NCBI GenBank assembly: GCA_942493375.1
Contig: OW818698.1
Location: forward strand, 3,928,946-3,992,945
DNA: 64,000 nucleotides
Direction of reading: 5' to 3'
Source: Abditibacteriota bacterium
GTDB taxonomy: Bacteria; Armatimonadota; UBA5829
Below the pieces are notes generated by a model. That model saw only the letters and a program-made list of their open reading frames with translations. It did not search any database and was not told the origin of the DNA. Shown in pieces: positions 17,613-28,097 of this stretch (the stretch's first letter is position 1; every line of letters starts with the position of its first letter). The translations under genes were made by a program, and so were the position numbers.

Positions 17613-20600
17613 GTGAAAATGAGAAAGATTAATATATACGGATTGGCGCTTATTGTTGCGTCGGTTCTTACTGTATCTGCTGCTGACACGGCTGGTTGGT
17701 CTATCGATAATAAGACCAAAAGTGCAATTCAGAATAGTTTGTCGGTGGCCAACGACACTACTCCGAAAAGAAGCGAGAAGAGCTCTTTACAGGCTGTTCG
17801 CGATTCCGTTCAGAACAAGGATAGCGGGGTTCTGACTAGAGATGATGTTGATAAAGCAACTGCCTACCAGGGACTAATAGATGTAGTCAAGCAGAACTTA
17901 GATTCTATAGACGACAAAATCATGCTTGTGCGGAGACAGATTGCACCTACCAGCAGGCAAGACCTCGATGATATCCAATCGAGATTGGATATGTCTGAGA
18001 AAGCACTGAATGAATTAGCTTCACAAGCTCGATATTCTGTAGATAGGATTCAGGAAGAGGATCTCAGGGACAGACTTTTTGAGCAGAAGTTATCAGTGGA
18101 CTTACTGCGCAGACGCATGGGTGCAGGAGGAGCTGTTTTAACGTTTGGACTAGAGTTTTTCAGCACTATTTCAGGCGAGGAAAATATCGAACCTTCTGCC
18201 GTTCCACGGAATTATACTCTCAGACCAAAAGATAAAATTCTCATTCTAGCGTCCAGTAAACTCGGAACGCAGACAGAATATCATGAAGAAGTCACTGAAG
18301 ATGGGATGCTTAATATCCCTGGTGTCGGTAAAATTAAGGCCTTAAGTGTCACTGTCTCGCAGCTCAATGTTATTGCCAATAAGCGAATTAAATCACGTTT
18401 CAACCAGATGAGACTGGATTTAAGCATAGAATCTATCTCTACAATGGCGATACAGATTGCAGGAAGCGTTTCAAAACCCGGGACTTACACAATGTCTGGT
18501 ATGTCTACTGTAATGTCTGCTCTTTACAAAGCTGGAGGCCCGAGCGCCAGTGGTACTTTGCGAAATATAGTTTTTTCGCGTGCTGGTATGCCGAAACGTA
18601 AAATTGATTTGTACAAGTTTCTCATGGAAGGCAGCAAGGACCAAGATTTCCCATTAAGAGACGGAGACTTGATTTTTGTACCTCCTGTTGGAGACACAAT
18701 TATTGTCGACGGTGAGGTAGTCCGGGCAGCTAGATACGAGCCAAAATTTCCGTTGACACTTGCTGACGCGCTTAAAATGGCTGGCGGAGTCAAAGCCAGT
18801 GGCTATTTACAGCAGGTTAGTGTTGAACGGATTGAGAATGGGGAATATCGTATTCTTATTAATACCTCAATTCAAGATGGCGCTGCACTTAAATACGCCA
18901 TTCTACCGGGCGATCAAATCAGTGTATCTACGGTTAGACCTGAACGAACAAATATAGTCACTATCAGCGGTCCGGTTTTGTCATCAGGGGCTTTTGGATT
19001 CCGTCCAAACATGAGAGTTAGTGAACTGATAACTCTTGCCCAGGGGATTGACCCTAACAGGGAAGTTTATTCAGGTCGGGCTGATATTCTCCGATTGGAT
19101 TCCCTTAAGGGTACTGAATTGATTTCGTTTGATCTGGGAAAAGCAATAGCTAAAGATCCCAGCCAGGATATAGAACTGCATAAATTGGATCGAGTATTTC
19201 TATATCTGCCGGAGCAGGTGATATTTAAAAATAATCGTATAAGGATATCTGGCGCGGTCAGCAACCCCGGTGTTTATGACCGCAAAGATGGAATGAGTAT
19301 CAGTGATGTGGTGGCTGCTGCAGGAGGAGTTTTGCCGGAAGCGCATCTTCAACGGGCAGATTTGATCCGATATAAAACAGAGGGTGCCCAGGAGCTCGTA
19401 AAAATCAATTTGGAATCTGCATTAGGCAAGAACGTTAATGATGATATCAAATTGTATGATCGAGACGAATTGATGATCTACACTAATGAGGAGACTGGAT
19501 GGAAAGATGCCAGAGTTCGAATAGAGGGCTCTGTGCAGCGTCCAGGCACATATAAGCGTGTAGATAATATGAGACTCAGCGACTTGCTGTTTACATCAGG
19601 TGGACTATTGCCAGAAGCCAGCAAATTGGCCGAAATCGGTAGAGTAGTCGTGACAGGACAACCAAATATAACCAAAGTTAATTTAGATGACCTGGTTCCT
19701 GGCAGTGAGCAAGACCCACTAATATGTGATAGGGATACTGTTACAGTACCTTCTGTGAACTCAATTCTGCGCGTACCCCAAATTGTATACCTGACAGGGG
19801 AAGTCCAAAATCCTGGCCCGTATTCTCTGGAATCTTCAACTGAGAGACTGAGCGAATTGGTTAAGAGAGCAGGAGGTCTTACACCCAGAGCGGATACTAA
19901 TTGTCTGATATTCATGCGCAATAAGGAAAGCTTCGATAATGATCAACAACGTAAGGACGTACAGACAATTATAAAGAGCGTGCTCTTATATGCAGATAGA
20001 CAATTTGTTACGCAACTTTCACAAATGGGAATTAAACTGCCAGATAATTTCCTCGAAAAGACCCAGCAATCTGCAACTGAACTTGCTAATCCATTAGGTG
20101 CATCTGAGATACGTACTCAACAGGATGGCATAGTGCGAGTTTCAGATGAAAGTAGTGCCTCAAAAGTTGTATTAAAATCCGTAAATGTATCAAGCGGTGA
20201 GGGAGATGGATATCCTGATTTTGGTAAATCATCCATGGAAGATAAATCGGCAAATCTTAACAAGAAATCAACAACCAACAAAACAGGTAGCCAGGTGGAG
20301 GCTAATGAAGAGACTAGCCACCGTTTATCTACTTTGACAGCTGAAACAGCTTTTGGCGAAAGACTAGCTAAGCTTTCCCAGGATGAAGTTACGGGACTGG
20401 CAGCAGTTACAAAAGTTGAGGAAGTGTTAGAACTAGCCCGTATTTCGGTGAATTTCAAGCAAGCATTGTCTGTCCCAGGTTCTGATGATGACCTGATAAT
20501 GCGTTCTGGTGATCGAATACATATCCCGATGATAACTGATACTGTCACTGTACTCGGAGCGGTTTTACACCCTCATGTGTTTGCTGCAAGTTCGGATAAA

Positions 20601-20849
20601 ACTATTGCATACTATGTAGAACGTTCCGGTGGATATGCAAGGGATGCTGCGAAGGGTTCGACCATTATTGTCCATACAAATGGAGATGCTGTTCCTGCTA
20701 CTATGGTAAAAACCGTCATTCCTGGGGACATTATAGTGGTTCCTAATAATGGCTTGATCGATGTAGCTAAGAAGTGGGAGAAGATTGGTTCAGTTACAAA
20801 AATAATCTCCGACGTTTTGAGCAGTGTATTCGTATTAACCCGATTCTAA
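17613..20849 (+). CDS. Large polysaccharide export protein (Wza-like Poly_export domain followed by multiple SLBB domains)
   Basis: Signal peptide, coiled-coil N-region, and 'LRPKDKILILASSKLGTQTEYHEEVTEDGMLNIPGVGKIKALSVTVSQL' (Poly_export). Repeated SLBB-like units follow ('ISGAVSNPGVYDRKDGMSISDVVAAAGG', 'IEGSVQRPGTYKRVDNMRLSDLL', 'LTGEVQNPGPYSLESSTERLSELVKRAGG'). Confidence 0.7.
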   Translation: MKMRKINIYGLALIVASVLTVSAADTAGWSIDNKTKSAIQNSLSVANDTTPKRSEKSSLQAVRDSVQNKDSGVLTRDDVDKATAYQGLIDVVKQNLDSIDDKIMLVRRQIAPTSRQDLDDIQSRLDMSEKALNELASQARYSVDRIQEEDLRDRLFEQKLSVDLLRRRMGAGGAVLTFGLEFFSTISGEENIEPSAVPRNYTLRPKDKILILASSKLGTQTEYHEEVTEDGMLNIPGVGKIKALSVTVSQLNVIANKRIKSRFNQMRLDLSIESISTMAIQIAGSVSKPGTYTMSGMSTVMSALYKAGGPSASGTLRNIVFSRAGMPKRKIDLYKFLMEGSKDQDFPLRDGDLIFVPPVGDTIIVDGEVVRAARYEPKFPLTLADALKMAGGVKASGYLQQVSVERIENGEYRILINTSIQDGAALKYAILPGDQISVSTVRPERTNIVTISGPVLSSGAFGFRPNMRVSELITLAQGIDPNREVYSGRADILRLDSLKGTELISFDLGKAIAKDPSQDIELHKLDRVFLYLPEQVIFKNNRIRISGAVSNPGVYDRKDGMSISDVVAAAGGVLPEAHLQRADLIRYKTEGAQELVKINLESALGKNVNDDIKLYDRDELMIYTNEETGWKDARVRIEGSVQRPGTYKRVDNMRLSDLLFTSGGLLPEASKLAEIGRVVVTGQPNITKVNLDDLVPGSEQDPLICDRDTVTVPSVNSILRVPQIVYLTGEVQNPGPYSLESSTERLSELVKRAGGLTPRADTNCLIFMRNKESFDNDQQRKDVQTIIKSVLLYADRQFVTQLSQMGIKLPDNFLEKTQQSATELANPLGASEIRTQQDGIVRVSDESSASKVVLKSVNVSSGEGDGYPDFGKSSMEDKSANLNKKSTTNKTGSQVEANEETSHRLSTLTAETAFGERLAKLSQDEVTGLAAVTKVEEVLELARISVNFKQALSVPGSDDDLIMRSGDRIHIPMITDTVTVLGAVLHPHVFAASSDKTIAYYVERSGGYARDAAKGSTIIVHTNGDAVPATMVKTVIPGDIIVVPNNGLIDVAKKWEKIGSVTKIISDVLSSVFVLTRF

Positions 20850-20870
20850 TATACAGATAGGACAGTATTG

Positions 20871-21908
20871 ATGAAGCTAAGAACCGAACCCGATTTCAGT
20901 CAGTTTTTAAGGGTTCTGAATCGTTCGGAGAGGCCTAAACATATACCTTTCTATGAACATATAGCTAGTCCCGGATTTATTGCTGAACGGACCGGGACAG
21001 CTTTTGATCGTATGTCTCCGGTTGACACTGATTACTGGAAGATATATGTCGATTTTTGGATGGGCATGGGCTTTGACTGTGTACCTATGGAGATTCCACT
21101 CAACTGCCCGATGGGGGTTGGGGAGGATGATGGTCTATCACACCGCAGTGAAGCTCATGTTGTCATACGAAACCGGGAGGATTTCGACAAATACCCATGG
21201 CCTGACGAGAGTAATCCTATAGATTTTAGCCATTTTGAAACTGTTTCGAGATTACTGCCGGATGGTGCCAAAATTGTTGGAGGTGTCTGTGCTGGCCCCT
21301 ATGAATGGGTCTCCCAGATGATGGGGACTATAGGACTATCCTACGCTATAATGGATGATATCGAACTCGTAGATATGATGTTCGCCAAGATCGGCAATTT
21401 GCATACCAGTGCGGACAGGCAGCTTGCTACGATGGATTCTATTGGTGCAATGCGCCAGGGGGACGATCTGGGTTTCAAAACCTCAACGTTTCTAAGCCCC
21501 GAACAACTAAGGCGCTGGGTATTCCCCATTTATAGACAGTTTTCTGATATAGCTCATGCACAGGCCAAACCGTTCATACTTCATTCCTGTGGAAATCTTG
21601 CCGAAGTGTATGATGATCTCATTGACGGCTGTAAAATCGACGCCAAGCACTCTTTCGAGGATTCTATACTACCAGTAGCTGATTTTAAGAGGATTTATGG
21701 AAGCCGCGTTACTCCGCTCGGTGGACTTGATGTAGATGTCATTTGCAGGAGTACTGTAGACGAAGTGAGAGAATATGCCCGCAAGCAGATAGAAGCATGC
21801 TTTACTGATGGTTACTGGGCATTAGGGACCGGAAACTCTCTGACAAACTATATGCCTGTTGAAAACTATATAGCAGTCCTCGAAGAGGGAATCAAAGCCA
21901 CCGGTTGA
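20871..21908 (+). CDS. URO-D/MtaA-like family protein, paralogue 2
   Basis: 'FYEHIASPGFIAE', 'ILHSCGNLAEVYDDLIDGCKID' and the C-terminal 'LGTGNSL' are typical of the URO-D family. Start is the ATG at 20871 (track: TTG 20868). Confidence 0.6.
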   Translation: MKLRTEPDFSQFLRVLNRSERPKHIPFYEHIASPGFIAERTGTAFDRMSPVDTDYWKIYVDFWMGMGFDCVPMEIPLNCPMGVGEDDGLSHRSEAHVVIRNREDFDKYPWPDESNPIDFSHFETVSRLLPDGAKIVGGVCAGPYEWVSQMMGTIGLSYAIMDDIELVDMMFAKIGNLHTSADRQLATMDSIGAMRQGDDLGFKTSTFLSPEQLRRWVFPIYRQFSDIAHAQAKPFILHSCGNLAEVYDDLIDGCKIDAKHSFEDSILPVADFKRIYGSRVTPLGGLDVDVICRSTVDEVREYARKQIEACFTDGYWALGTGNSLTNYMPVENYIAVLEEGIKATG

Positions 21909-22038
21909 TATTCTGCTAACCCGCTTTATTCACCAAACTCTGCTTTCGACCGGGAGTAGGGGCGAAAACGAGTCAATCGTGAATAATGCGGGCCAAGAGA
22001 CTTAACAATTCCCAACTCCCAACTTTTCACTTTCCATT

Positions 22039-22066
22039 TTGCACTTTCAACTAAAATTGCTATAAT
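22039..22066 (+). promoter_or_regulatory. Sigma70-like promoter TTGCAC-N16-TATAAT upstream of URO-D paralogue 3
   Basis: TTGCAC at 22039-22044 and TATAAT at 22061-22066. A GGAGG RBS and the ATG at 22118 lie downstream. Confidence 0.45.
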
Positions 22067-22117
22067 TACTCAAACGTTTGCGATGGAGGTTGCGGCAACC
22101 TATTGCTGCAGAGAATA

Positions 22118-23188
22118 ATGACACCAAGAGAACGATACAACAAGATGATGAACTTCGAACGACCGGATAAACCATTCATCTGGACATTCGGTATCCGGCA
22201 AGCTACTATGGATGAATGGCTCAAGCAAGGGCATCCTGAAGGTATTCGGACTGAAGAGCTGTTGGGGTATGATTGGTTCGAAGGTGTTCCGCTGGCTGTC
22301 TCTCATTATCCTCAGTTTACTAAGCAGATTGTAGAGGAAAAGGATGGTCACCTCACTTACTACGATGAAGAGGGTGCTCTTCGGATGGATCCGGTATACG
22401 CTATAGGCAGCGGATTTGTTACGCGTAAGTGGCTGAAATTCCCCGTGGAATGTCGTGAAGACTTTATCAAAATGAAAGAACGTTACGATCCGGAGGATCT
22501 TGGTCGACGTGGCGAAGGATTTGATGAGGCCATAGCCAATTCGCAAACATCTGAAAGGCCATATATGACGGTGATTCTGGGCTTCTATTGGACTATGCGT
22601 CAATGGCTCGGTTTTGAGGGGCTTTCGGTCGCATTCTATGATATGCCAGAACTCATCGACGAGATGATGGATTTTATTCTGGATTTCAATATACGACTGA
22701 TGAGAAAGCACTTGTCGGGAGCAAAGATAGACAACCTTACAATCAGTGAAGACATGGCATACAAAACTGCTTCTATGGTTTCTCCTTCCATTTTCCGTGA
22801 AAAGTTCTTACCCAGGTATAAAGTGCTGGTTCAGGAAGCCAAAAGCATATGTGCGGACAAGGTTTTTACCGATTGCGATGGACACATCGGCGAATTGATC
22901 CCTTTGTGGATCGAAGCTGGAGTAGAGGGAACCAGTCCTATTGAGATAGCTTCAGAGCAGAGTCTGTTGGACTATACCCGTAGATTCCCAGAGTTTAGGT
23001 TCCTCGGTGGTATTGATAAACGTGAACTGTGCAGGGGCCTGAAAGAAGTCGAAAAGGAAGTGATCCCTAAGGCAAAAGAATTGTATGCAAGAGGAGGTTG
23101 GATTCCAGCAGTTGACCATGCAGTTCCTGCGAATGCCAGCTTTGAAAACTTTAAGCATATGATCAAACTACTTAAGGAGTGCTGGTAG
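22118..23188 (+). CDS. URO-D/MtaA-like family protein, paralogue 3
   Basis: 'MTPRERYNKMMNFERPDKPFIW...' and 'FTDCDGHIGELIPLWIEAGVEGTSPIE' follow the URO-D family architecture. The ATG at 22118 is preceded by GATGGAGG. Confidence 0.6.
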   Translation: MTPRERYNKMMNFERPDKPFIWTFGIRQATMDEWLKQGHPEGIRTEELLGYDWFEGVPLAVSHYPQFTKQIVEEKDGHLTYYDEEGALRMDPVYAIGSGFVTRKWLKFPVECREDFIKMKERYDPEDLGRRGEGFDEAIANSQTSERPYMTVILGFYWTMRQWLGFEGLSVAFYDMPELIDEMMDFILDFNIRLMRKHLSGAKIDNLTISEDMAYKTASMVSPSIFREKFLPRYKVLVQEAKSICADKVFTDCDGHIGELIPLWIEAGVEGTSPIEIASEQSLLDYTRRFPEFRFLGGIDKRELCRGLKEVEKEVIPKAKELYARGGWIPAVDHAVPANASFENFKHMIKLLKECW

Positions 23189-23286
23189 AAGTCAGATAAA
23201 GCAGGTATATTGCTGATGTGCGGCTAAGGAATCATTTAACTATTACTACTCATGAAAATGCTCCGGTTATTTGTGGAGGTAGGTTT

Positions 23287-26200
23287 ATGCTCAGGTTTGT
23301 AGTTATCATTTTGCTTGCATTGTGTACTTCATGCTGCCTGGCTGCTCCGGGTGATAAATTGTTTGCATCCTTCGAAACTGATGCCGATATGCCATTTGGA
23401 GGTGCTGCTCTTCAGGTCACGCGAGTAGAAAAAAACGCTACTGATGGTAAATATTCCCTCCTTCTTCCCATAAAAGGATCTACTTCGGACAACTGGCCCG
23501 GACTTTCTTTTACTTCAAAAGATGGTGTGGATTGGACCTCATACCATGCAATGAAAATGGATGTGTATGTTGAGAGCAAAAAACCAGTTACTCTGGGTGT
23601 CAGGCTGGATACTAAGCAGGGAACAGGCTGGTTATACTCTCTTGCGATTTTGCAACCAGGATGGAACAGGAATTGGACCATCCCGATTAACGATGTCCGT
23701 GATACCGCTGATCTTCAACATATTACAGCCATGTGGCTTGGTGCTTCGAATCCGCGTGAAGATGCAGATGTCTATTTTGACAATGTCCGATTAGGACCCT
23801 TTGAATTTGGGTTCAAAAAGATTATCCACCTGGAGACTTCTCCGGGTATCAAAGCTAATGATGTTGAGAAAAAACAGGGATTTATGCTGTTCTCAACACC
23901 ATATGGCGGCCTGGTTTTCCCGGACACTAAACCTCATACTCGAATGAGCAACGCAAGCATTTTTCTTGCACAAGGTGAATCAGAACCTCTGGTTGTCAAT
24001 ATCCATGCCCTTATGGATCTGGACAATATAGCCGCTTCGGTCTCAACTCTCAAAGGACCGGATGGATCACAGATAATGTCTTCGGATTGGGATGTCCGAA
24101 TAGTAAGGCACAAAGACAAACGTGAGAACTATCAGGTTGACAGTTATGTAGTCGATATACCTACATATCTTACTACTCTCAATAATCCGGAAAAACTGGT
24201 ATCCGGAAGAACAGCATCGCTCTGGTTCACATTAACTGCCCAGAAAAACACACTTCCGGGTGTATATAAAGGTTCGGTCGAAGTTGCTGCCGGTGGAGTC
24301 ATACGTAAGATACCGGTAAGTGTCAGAGTTCTGCCATTTGAACTTCCCGAGCTAACCGGCGATCTACACGGTATGTATTATCGACCTTTCGGGAAAGGTA
24401 TGGATACTAAAGAGCAAATAACTTTTGACCTTGCTGATATGAAAGCACATGGAATGACTTCTCTGGGTCTATGCAGTGGAGTAGATGCATCCAGTTACAA
24501 AGTTGATGGAGAAGTGATTACCTTTGATTTTAAGGGCGATACAACATTTGAGCACATTATGGATGCCTACAAGGATTTAGGTTTTACTGAACCGATTGTA
24601 ATGCTGGCAGATTCCGGACAGGAAGCGGCCAGAAAGCATCCCTATGCTTCCGAACCATATGCTCGAACATATACCAATTTTTGGACGGGTCTGGATAAGG
24701 TATGCAAGTCCAAAGGCTGGAAGCCAATGTATATTCAACCGGAAGACGAAGTAGGTTGGAGAACAGCTGCAGATCGGGAACGTAACACTTACCTACTGAG
24801 TTTGCTCAAGAAAGCTGGATTGATGACTGAGGTTGATGGTCCTTCTGATACTTATTTCAACAAGGAAGCTGGTCCTCTTTCTGATGTTTGGAACTACAAC
24901 GGTATAATAGGACCTGCTGACGTAGTAAGTAATGCTCTGCAAAATGGCAAATTGGTAACTGTCTACAATTTTGACTCCAGCGGATTTACTCCAGAAGATC
25001 AACGTTGGGCCAGGGGATTATTCAACTGGAAACATGGTCTGCACGGAAGTTTCAACTGGGAATACAGGGGTGGAAATGGTTCGATATTCGATGACCAGGA
25101 TGCCCAGCTTGGTGACTGGGTGCACTACTATCCAGCTTTTGAAGGTAGATCGGGTGGTCCAAGCACAGGATGGGAAGGCAGCAGGGAAGGCATAGATGAC
25201 CGCAAATACTTGCGTTTGTTGGAATCCTTAATAAAGACTGCAGACACAGAAGGCAAACGAACCTCAAAAGAAGCTAAAAGGATATCTGGTGAACTAGTAC
25301 AATTGAGAGCTCAGCTTACAAGTCATCCGGATAGTTCGGTTAATCGCATAGCATGGCAGCGTAAAATGCAACCAGAGGATGCATTGAAACTTGGTTACAT
25401 TTCGAGCATAGATCCTGATGTTGCCTGGTATTATGCTGGTGAATTGAAACTGCCTAACGGATTGCCATTGGAATCTTATGACAATATAAGATGGTTTGCG
25501 GCATCAGAGTCTGTGAAACTACTCAGTATTATGGGGAAAGCAAATCCTCTTACTATGCCTGCATTACAGAAACCATTAGTTATAAAGAAAAGACTTATTG
25601 GAGTAAACAAATCAGAATCAGCAGGCAAGTCCGGCATATATAAAGCACGCAGACCTGTTTCTACGTTGCCATTACTAGATTCTGCTCCGGTATTGGATGG
25701 TTCTATAGATGATGCTGCATGGAAAAATGCTGCAAAAATCAGTCTGACACTGACAAATGGAACTGGAAAACCACTTGGGCCGACTGATGTCAGGTTCGGA
25801 ATTAATGGTTCTGTGTTGTATGTTGCGTTCATATGCACTGAAGACAGGCCGAATGACATCGTAGCCAAGGTCCGTGAACATAATGGGCCGGTATGGGAAG
25901 ATGATTGTGTGGAGGTGTTTATCGATCCCACACAAACTGGCAAATCATATTATCAAGTCCTTGCCAATAGTCTGGGCACGACACACCAGATTGGAGTTGA
26001 ATCCACAGAATGGAAAGCAGATGTCAAAGCTGCCGGAAAGGTTGATATACCAAATCGCCGGTGGATGTGTGAAATTGCAATTCCGATATCTGATATGAAA
26101 CTTGCACCGAGTATAGGGATGAATTTTGCCAGAGAAAGACGCCCACTTAATATAATGGAGTTATCGAGTTGGGCTGTAACAGGTGGTACATTCGGCAAGC

Positions 26201-26568
26201 CGGAGCTCTTTGGAATAGCTACTTTATCCGGGAATGTGCCTGGCGTTGTTATTGAGCGTGTTAAACCCGAGATTGATATTAAATTCATCCCCCCTGTTAC
26301 AGTGATTAGTTCCAGGATAGCGAGTATAGGAATTGATCCAGTACTGAGTGAGTCGGATCTGGCTAAAGCTAGCGTTACGATGAAGTTCGGGGGCAACGGA
26401 AAGTCATTCCAGTTCAGTATCGATAAGCCACTCACTGACCATATGATGGCTACTATTGATATTGGAGATTTACCAGCTGGGAGCTATTCAGTAAAAGCAT
26501 TTTTGAATCTGGCTGGTAAGGTGGTTGCTGAGTGGCAGGGCACTATGCTCCGCACGACAAGAGAATGA
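23287..26568 (+). CDS. Large secreted carbohydrate-active protein with a C-terminal CBM9-like/DOMON-like domain
   Basis: Signal peptide MLRFVVIILLALCTSCCLA|AP. The C-terminal domain 'DDAAWKNAAKISLTL...VLYVAFICTEDRPNDIVAKVREHNGPVWEDDCVEVFIDP' is CBM9-like. Confidence 0.5.
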   Translation: MLRFVVIILLALCTSCCLAAPGDKLFASFETDADMPFGGAALQVTRVEKNATDGKYSLLLPIKGSTSDNWPGLSFTSKDGVDWTSYHAMKMDVYVESKKPVTLGVRLDTKQGTGWLYSLAILQPGWNRNWTIPINDVRDTADLQHITAMWLGASNPREDADVYFDNVRLGPFEFGFKKIIHLETSPGIKANDVEKKQGFMLFSTPYGGLVFPDTKPHTRMSNASIFLAQGESEPLVVNIHALMDLDNIAASVSTLKGPDGSQIMSSDWDVRIVRHKDKRENYQVDSYVVDIPTYLTTLNNPEKLVSGRTASLWFTLTAQKNTLPGVYKGSVEVAAGGVIRKIPVSVRVLPFELPELTGDLHGMYYRPFGKGMDTKEQITFDLADMKAHGMTSLGLCSGVDASSYKVDGEVITFDFKGDTTFEHIMDAYKDLGFTEPIVMLADSGQEAARKHPYASEPYARTYTNFWTGLDKVCKSKGWKPMYIQPEDEVGWRTAADRERNTYLLSLLKKAGLMTEVDGPSDTYFNKEAGPLSDVWNYNGIIGPADVVSNALQNGKLVTVYNFDSSGFTPEDQRWARGLFNWKHGLHGSFNWEYRGGNGSIFDDQDAQLGDWVHYYPAFEGRSGGPSTGWEGSREGIDDRKYLRLLESLIKTADTEGKRTSKEAKRISGELVQLRAQLTSHPDSSVNRIAWQRKMQPEDALKLGYISSIDPDVAWYYAGELKLPNGLPLESYDNIRWFAASESVKLLSIMGKANPLTMPALQKPLVIKKRLIGVNKSESAGKSGIYKARRPVSTLPLLDSAPVLDGSIDDAAWKNAAKISLTLTNGTGKPLGPTDVRFGINGSVLYVAFICTEDRPNDIVAKVREHNGPVWEDDCVEVFIDPTQTGKSYYQVLANSLGTTHQIGVESTEWKADVKAAGKVDIPNRRWMCEIAIPISDMKLAPSIGMNFARERRPLNIMELSSWAVTGGTFGKPELFGIATLSGNVPGVVIERVKPEIDIKFIPPVTVISSRIASIGIDPVLSESDLAKASVTMKFGGNGKSFQFSIDKPLTDHMMATIDIGDLPAGSYSVKAFLNLAGKVVAEWQGTMLRTTRE

Positions 26569-26574
26569 AAAAAG

Positions 26575-26654
26575 AAACCGTCCCCTGATCGAAGTCGAAG
26601 GGGGCGGTTTCCATTAAAGCTGAGTCCCCTTCGGCTACGCTCAGGGGACGGTTT
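26575..26654. terminator. Nested inverted repeat acting as a bidirectional terminator between convergent genes
   Basis: Outer arms AAACCGTCCCCTGA (26575-26588) / TCAGGGGACGGTTT (26641-26654). Inner stem CGAAGGGG/CCCCTTCG. T-rich flanks on both strands. Confidence 0.6.
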
Positions 26655-26659
26655 TATTA

Positions 26660-27718
26660 TTAAGCGTCAGCGACAAACTGAGCGATAAGATCTCCGACTT
26701 CGGTTGTGGAGTATCCCATCTTGCCGGCGCTCATACTCTTCATCTTGCTGCCGGTTGCCCATGCCATTGCGGCATCGACTGCTGCTGCAGCTTTGTCTTC
26801 TCCAAGTGTCTCCAGCATCATCTGCAGGGCACCTATGGCTGCCAGCGGATTGATAACGTTCATACCGGTATATTTCGGTGCAGAACCTCCGATGGGCTCG
26901 AACATCGAAACGCCTTCAGGGTTGATGTTGCCGCCAGCGGCTATTCCCATACCACCCTGGGTCATTGCCCCGAGGTCGGTGATGATGTCTCCGAACATAT
27001 TGTCGGTGACAATGACATCGAACCACTCAGGGTTCTTGACCATCCACATTGTGGTAGCATCCACGTGAGCATAGTCCGGTGTGATATCCGGATACTCTCT
27101 GGCTACTTCGTAGAATGCTCTCTCCCAGAGGTCAAAAGCGTATGTCAGAACGTTGGTCTTACCGCACAGGGTGAGCTTATGGTCCTTGTTGCGTTTGCGA
27201 GCATATTCGAATGCATACCTAATGCAGCGCTCAACGCCTTTACGGGTATTGATGGACTCTTGAATTGCAACTTCATCCTGCGTGCCCTTCTTGAGTACTC
27301 CACCTGCACCTGCATAAAGACCTTCAGTGTTTTCACGCACTACGACATAGTCTATATCGCTGGGACCCTTACCGGCTAGCGGAGTTGTAACACCAGGGTA
27401 CAACTTCACCGGGCGTAGGTTGATATACTGGTCCAGGTCAAATCTTAGTTTCAGAAGAATGCCTTTTTCAAGTATGCCGGGTTTGACATCAGGATGTCCG
27501 ATTGCACCCAGGAATATTGCATCAAACTGTCTCAGATCATCTGCTGCTGATGGCGGAAGCACTTCACCGGTTCTCAGATAGCGATCTCCACCATAATCAA
27601 AATCGGTCAGCTCATATTTGAACCCGAATTTGGCTGCTGCAGACTCAAGGACTTTCAGCCCCTCTTTTACTACTTCAGGACCGGTTCCGTCTCCGCCGAT
27701 AACCGCAATTTTATGCAT
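26660..27718 (-). CDS. Isopropylmalate/isocitrate/tartrate dehydrogenase family oxidative decarboxylase (LeuB-like)
   Basis: 'MHKIAVIGGDGTGPEV' N-terminus, 'NLRPVKLYPGV', 'GSAPKYTGMNVINPLAAI'. The family call is confident; the exact substrate is not determinable. Confidence 0.7.
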   Translation of the reverse strand: MHKIAVIGGDGTGPEVVKEGLKVLESAAAKFGFKYELTDFDYGGDRYLRTGEVLPPSAADDLRQFDAIFLGAIGHPDVKPGILEKGILLKLRFDLDQYINLRPVKLYPGVTTPLAGKGPSDIDYVVVRENTEGLYAGAGGVLKKGTQDEVAIQESINTRKGVERCIRYAFEYARKRNKDHKLTLCGKTNVLTYAFDLWERAFYEVAREYPDITPDYAHVDATTMWMVKNPEWFDVIVTDNMFGDIITDLGAMTQGGMGIAAGGNINPEGVSMFEPIGGSAPKYTGMNVINPLAAIGALQMMLETLGEDKAAAAVDAAMAWATGSKMKSMSAGKMGYSTTEVGDLIAQFVADA

Positions 27719-28097
27719 AGTCAGTTGTCCTCCATATGGATAATTAACATTTCATTGATAATAAACTAATGAAATGTGCCTTTGTCGTTGATCTTGTGGG
27801 ATATAAGATTACTCTCTATATCAACATAAATCCTACCCCATTCAGGCCGTTAAGTGCAAATCCCATTAGGTATCCTATTCTTTACACGACCATAAATCAA
27901 GATATATATCGCCAATATAGTGCCTGGAAAGTGATGTTATATAGGACGTTTGGACTTATAATACTGGCCGAAACCTCTAAATAGGCCGTTTAACCACAAA
28001 CATCATTAAATGTATTAAATAGTCAGGTTCTTATGAAGGATACACGGGTGTGAAGGGCTAACAGTTGATGGAAGTAGAGGAATTGTAGAGTGATATT

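Noticed and set aside
27769-27984. ORF 27769..27984 (+) in the divergent leuB-like / pspA-like intergenic region
   Set aside because: It is short, AT-rich and of low complexity. It is more likely promoter DNA than a gene.
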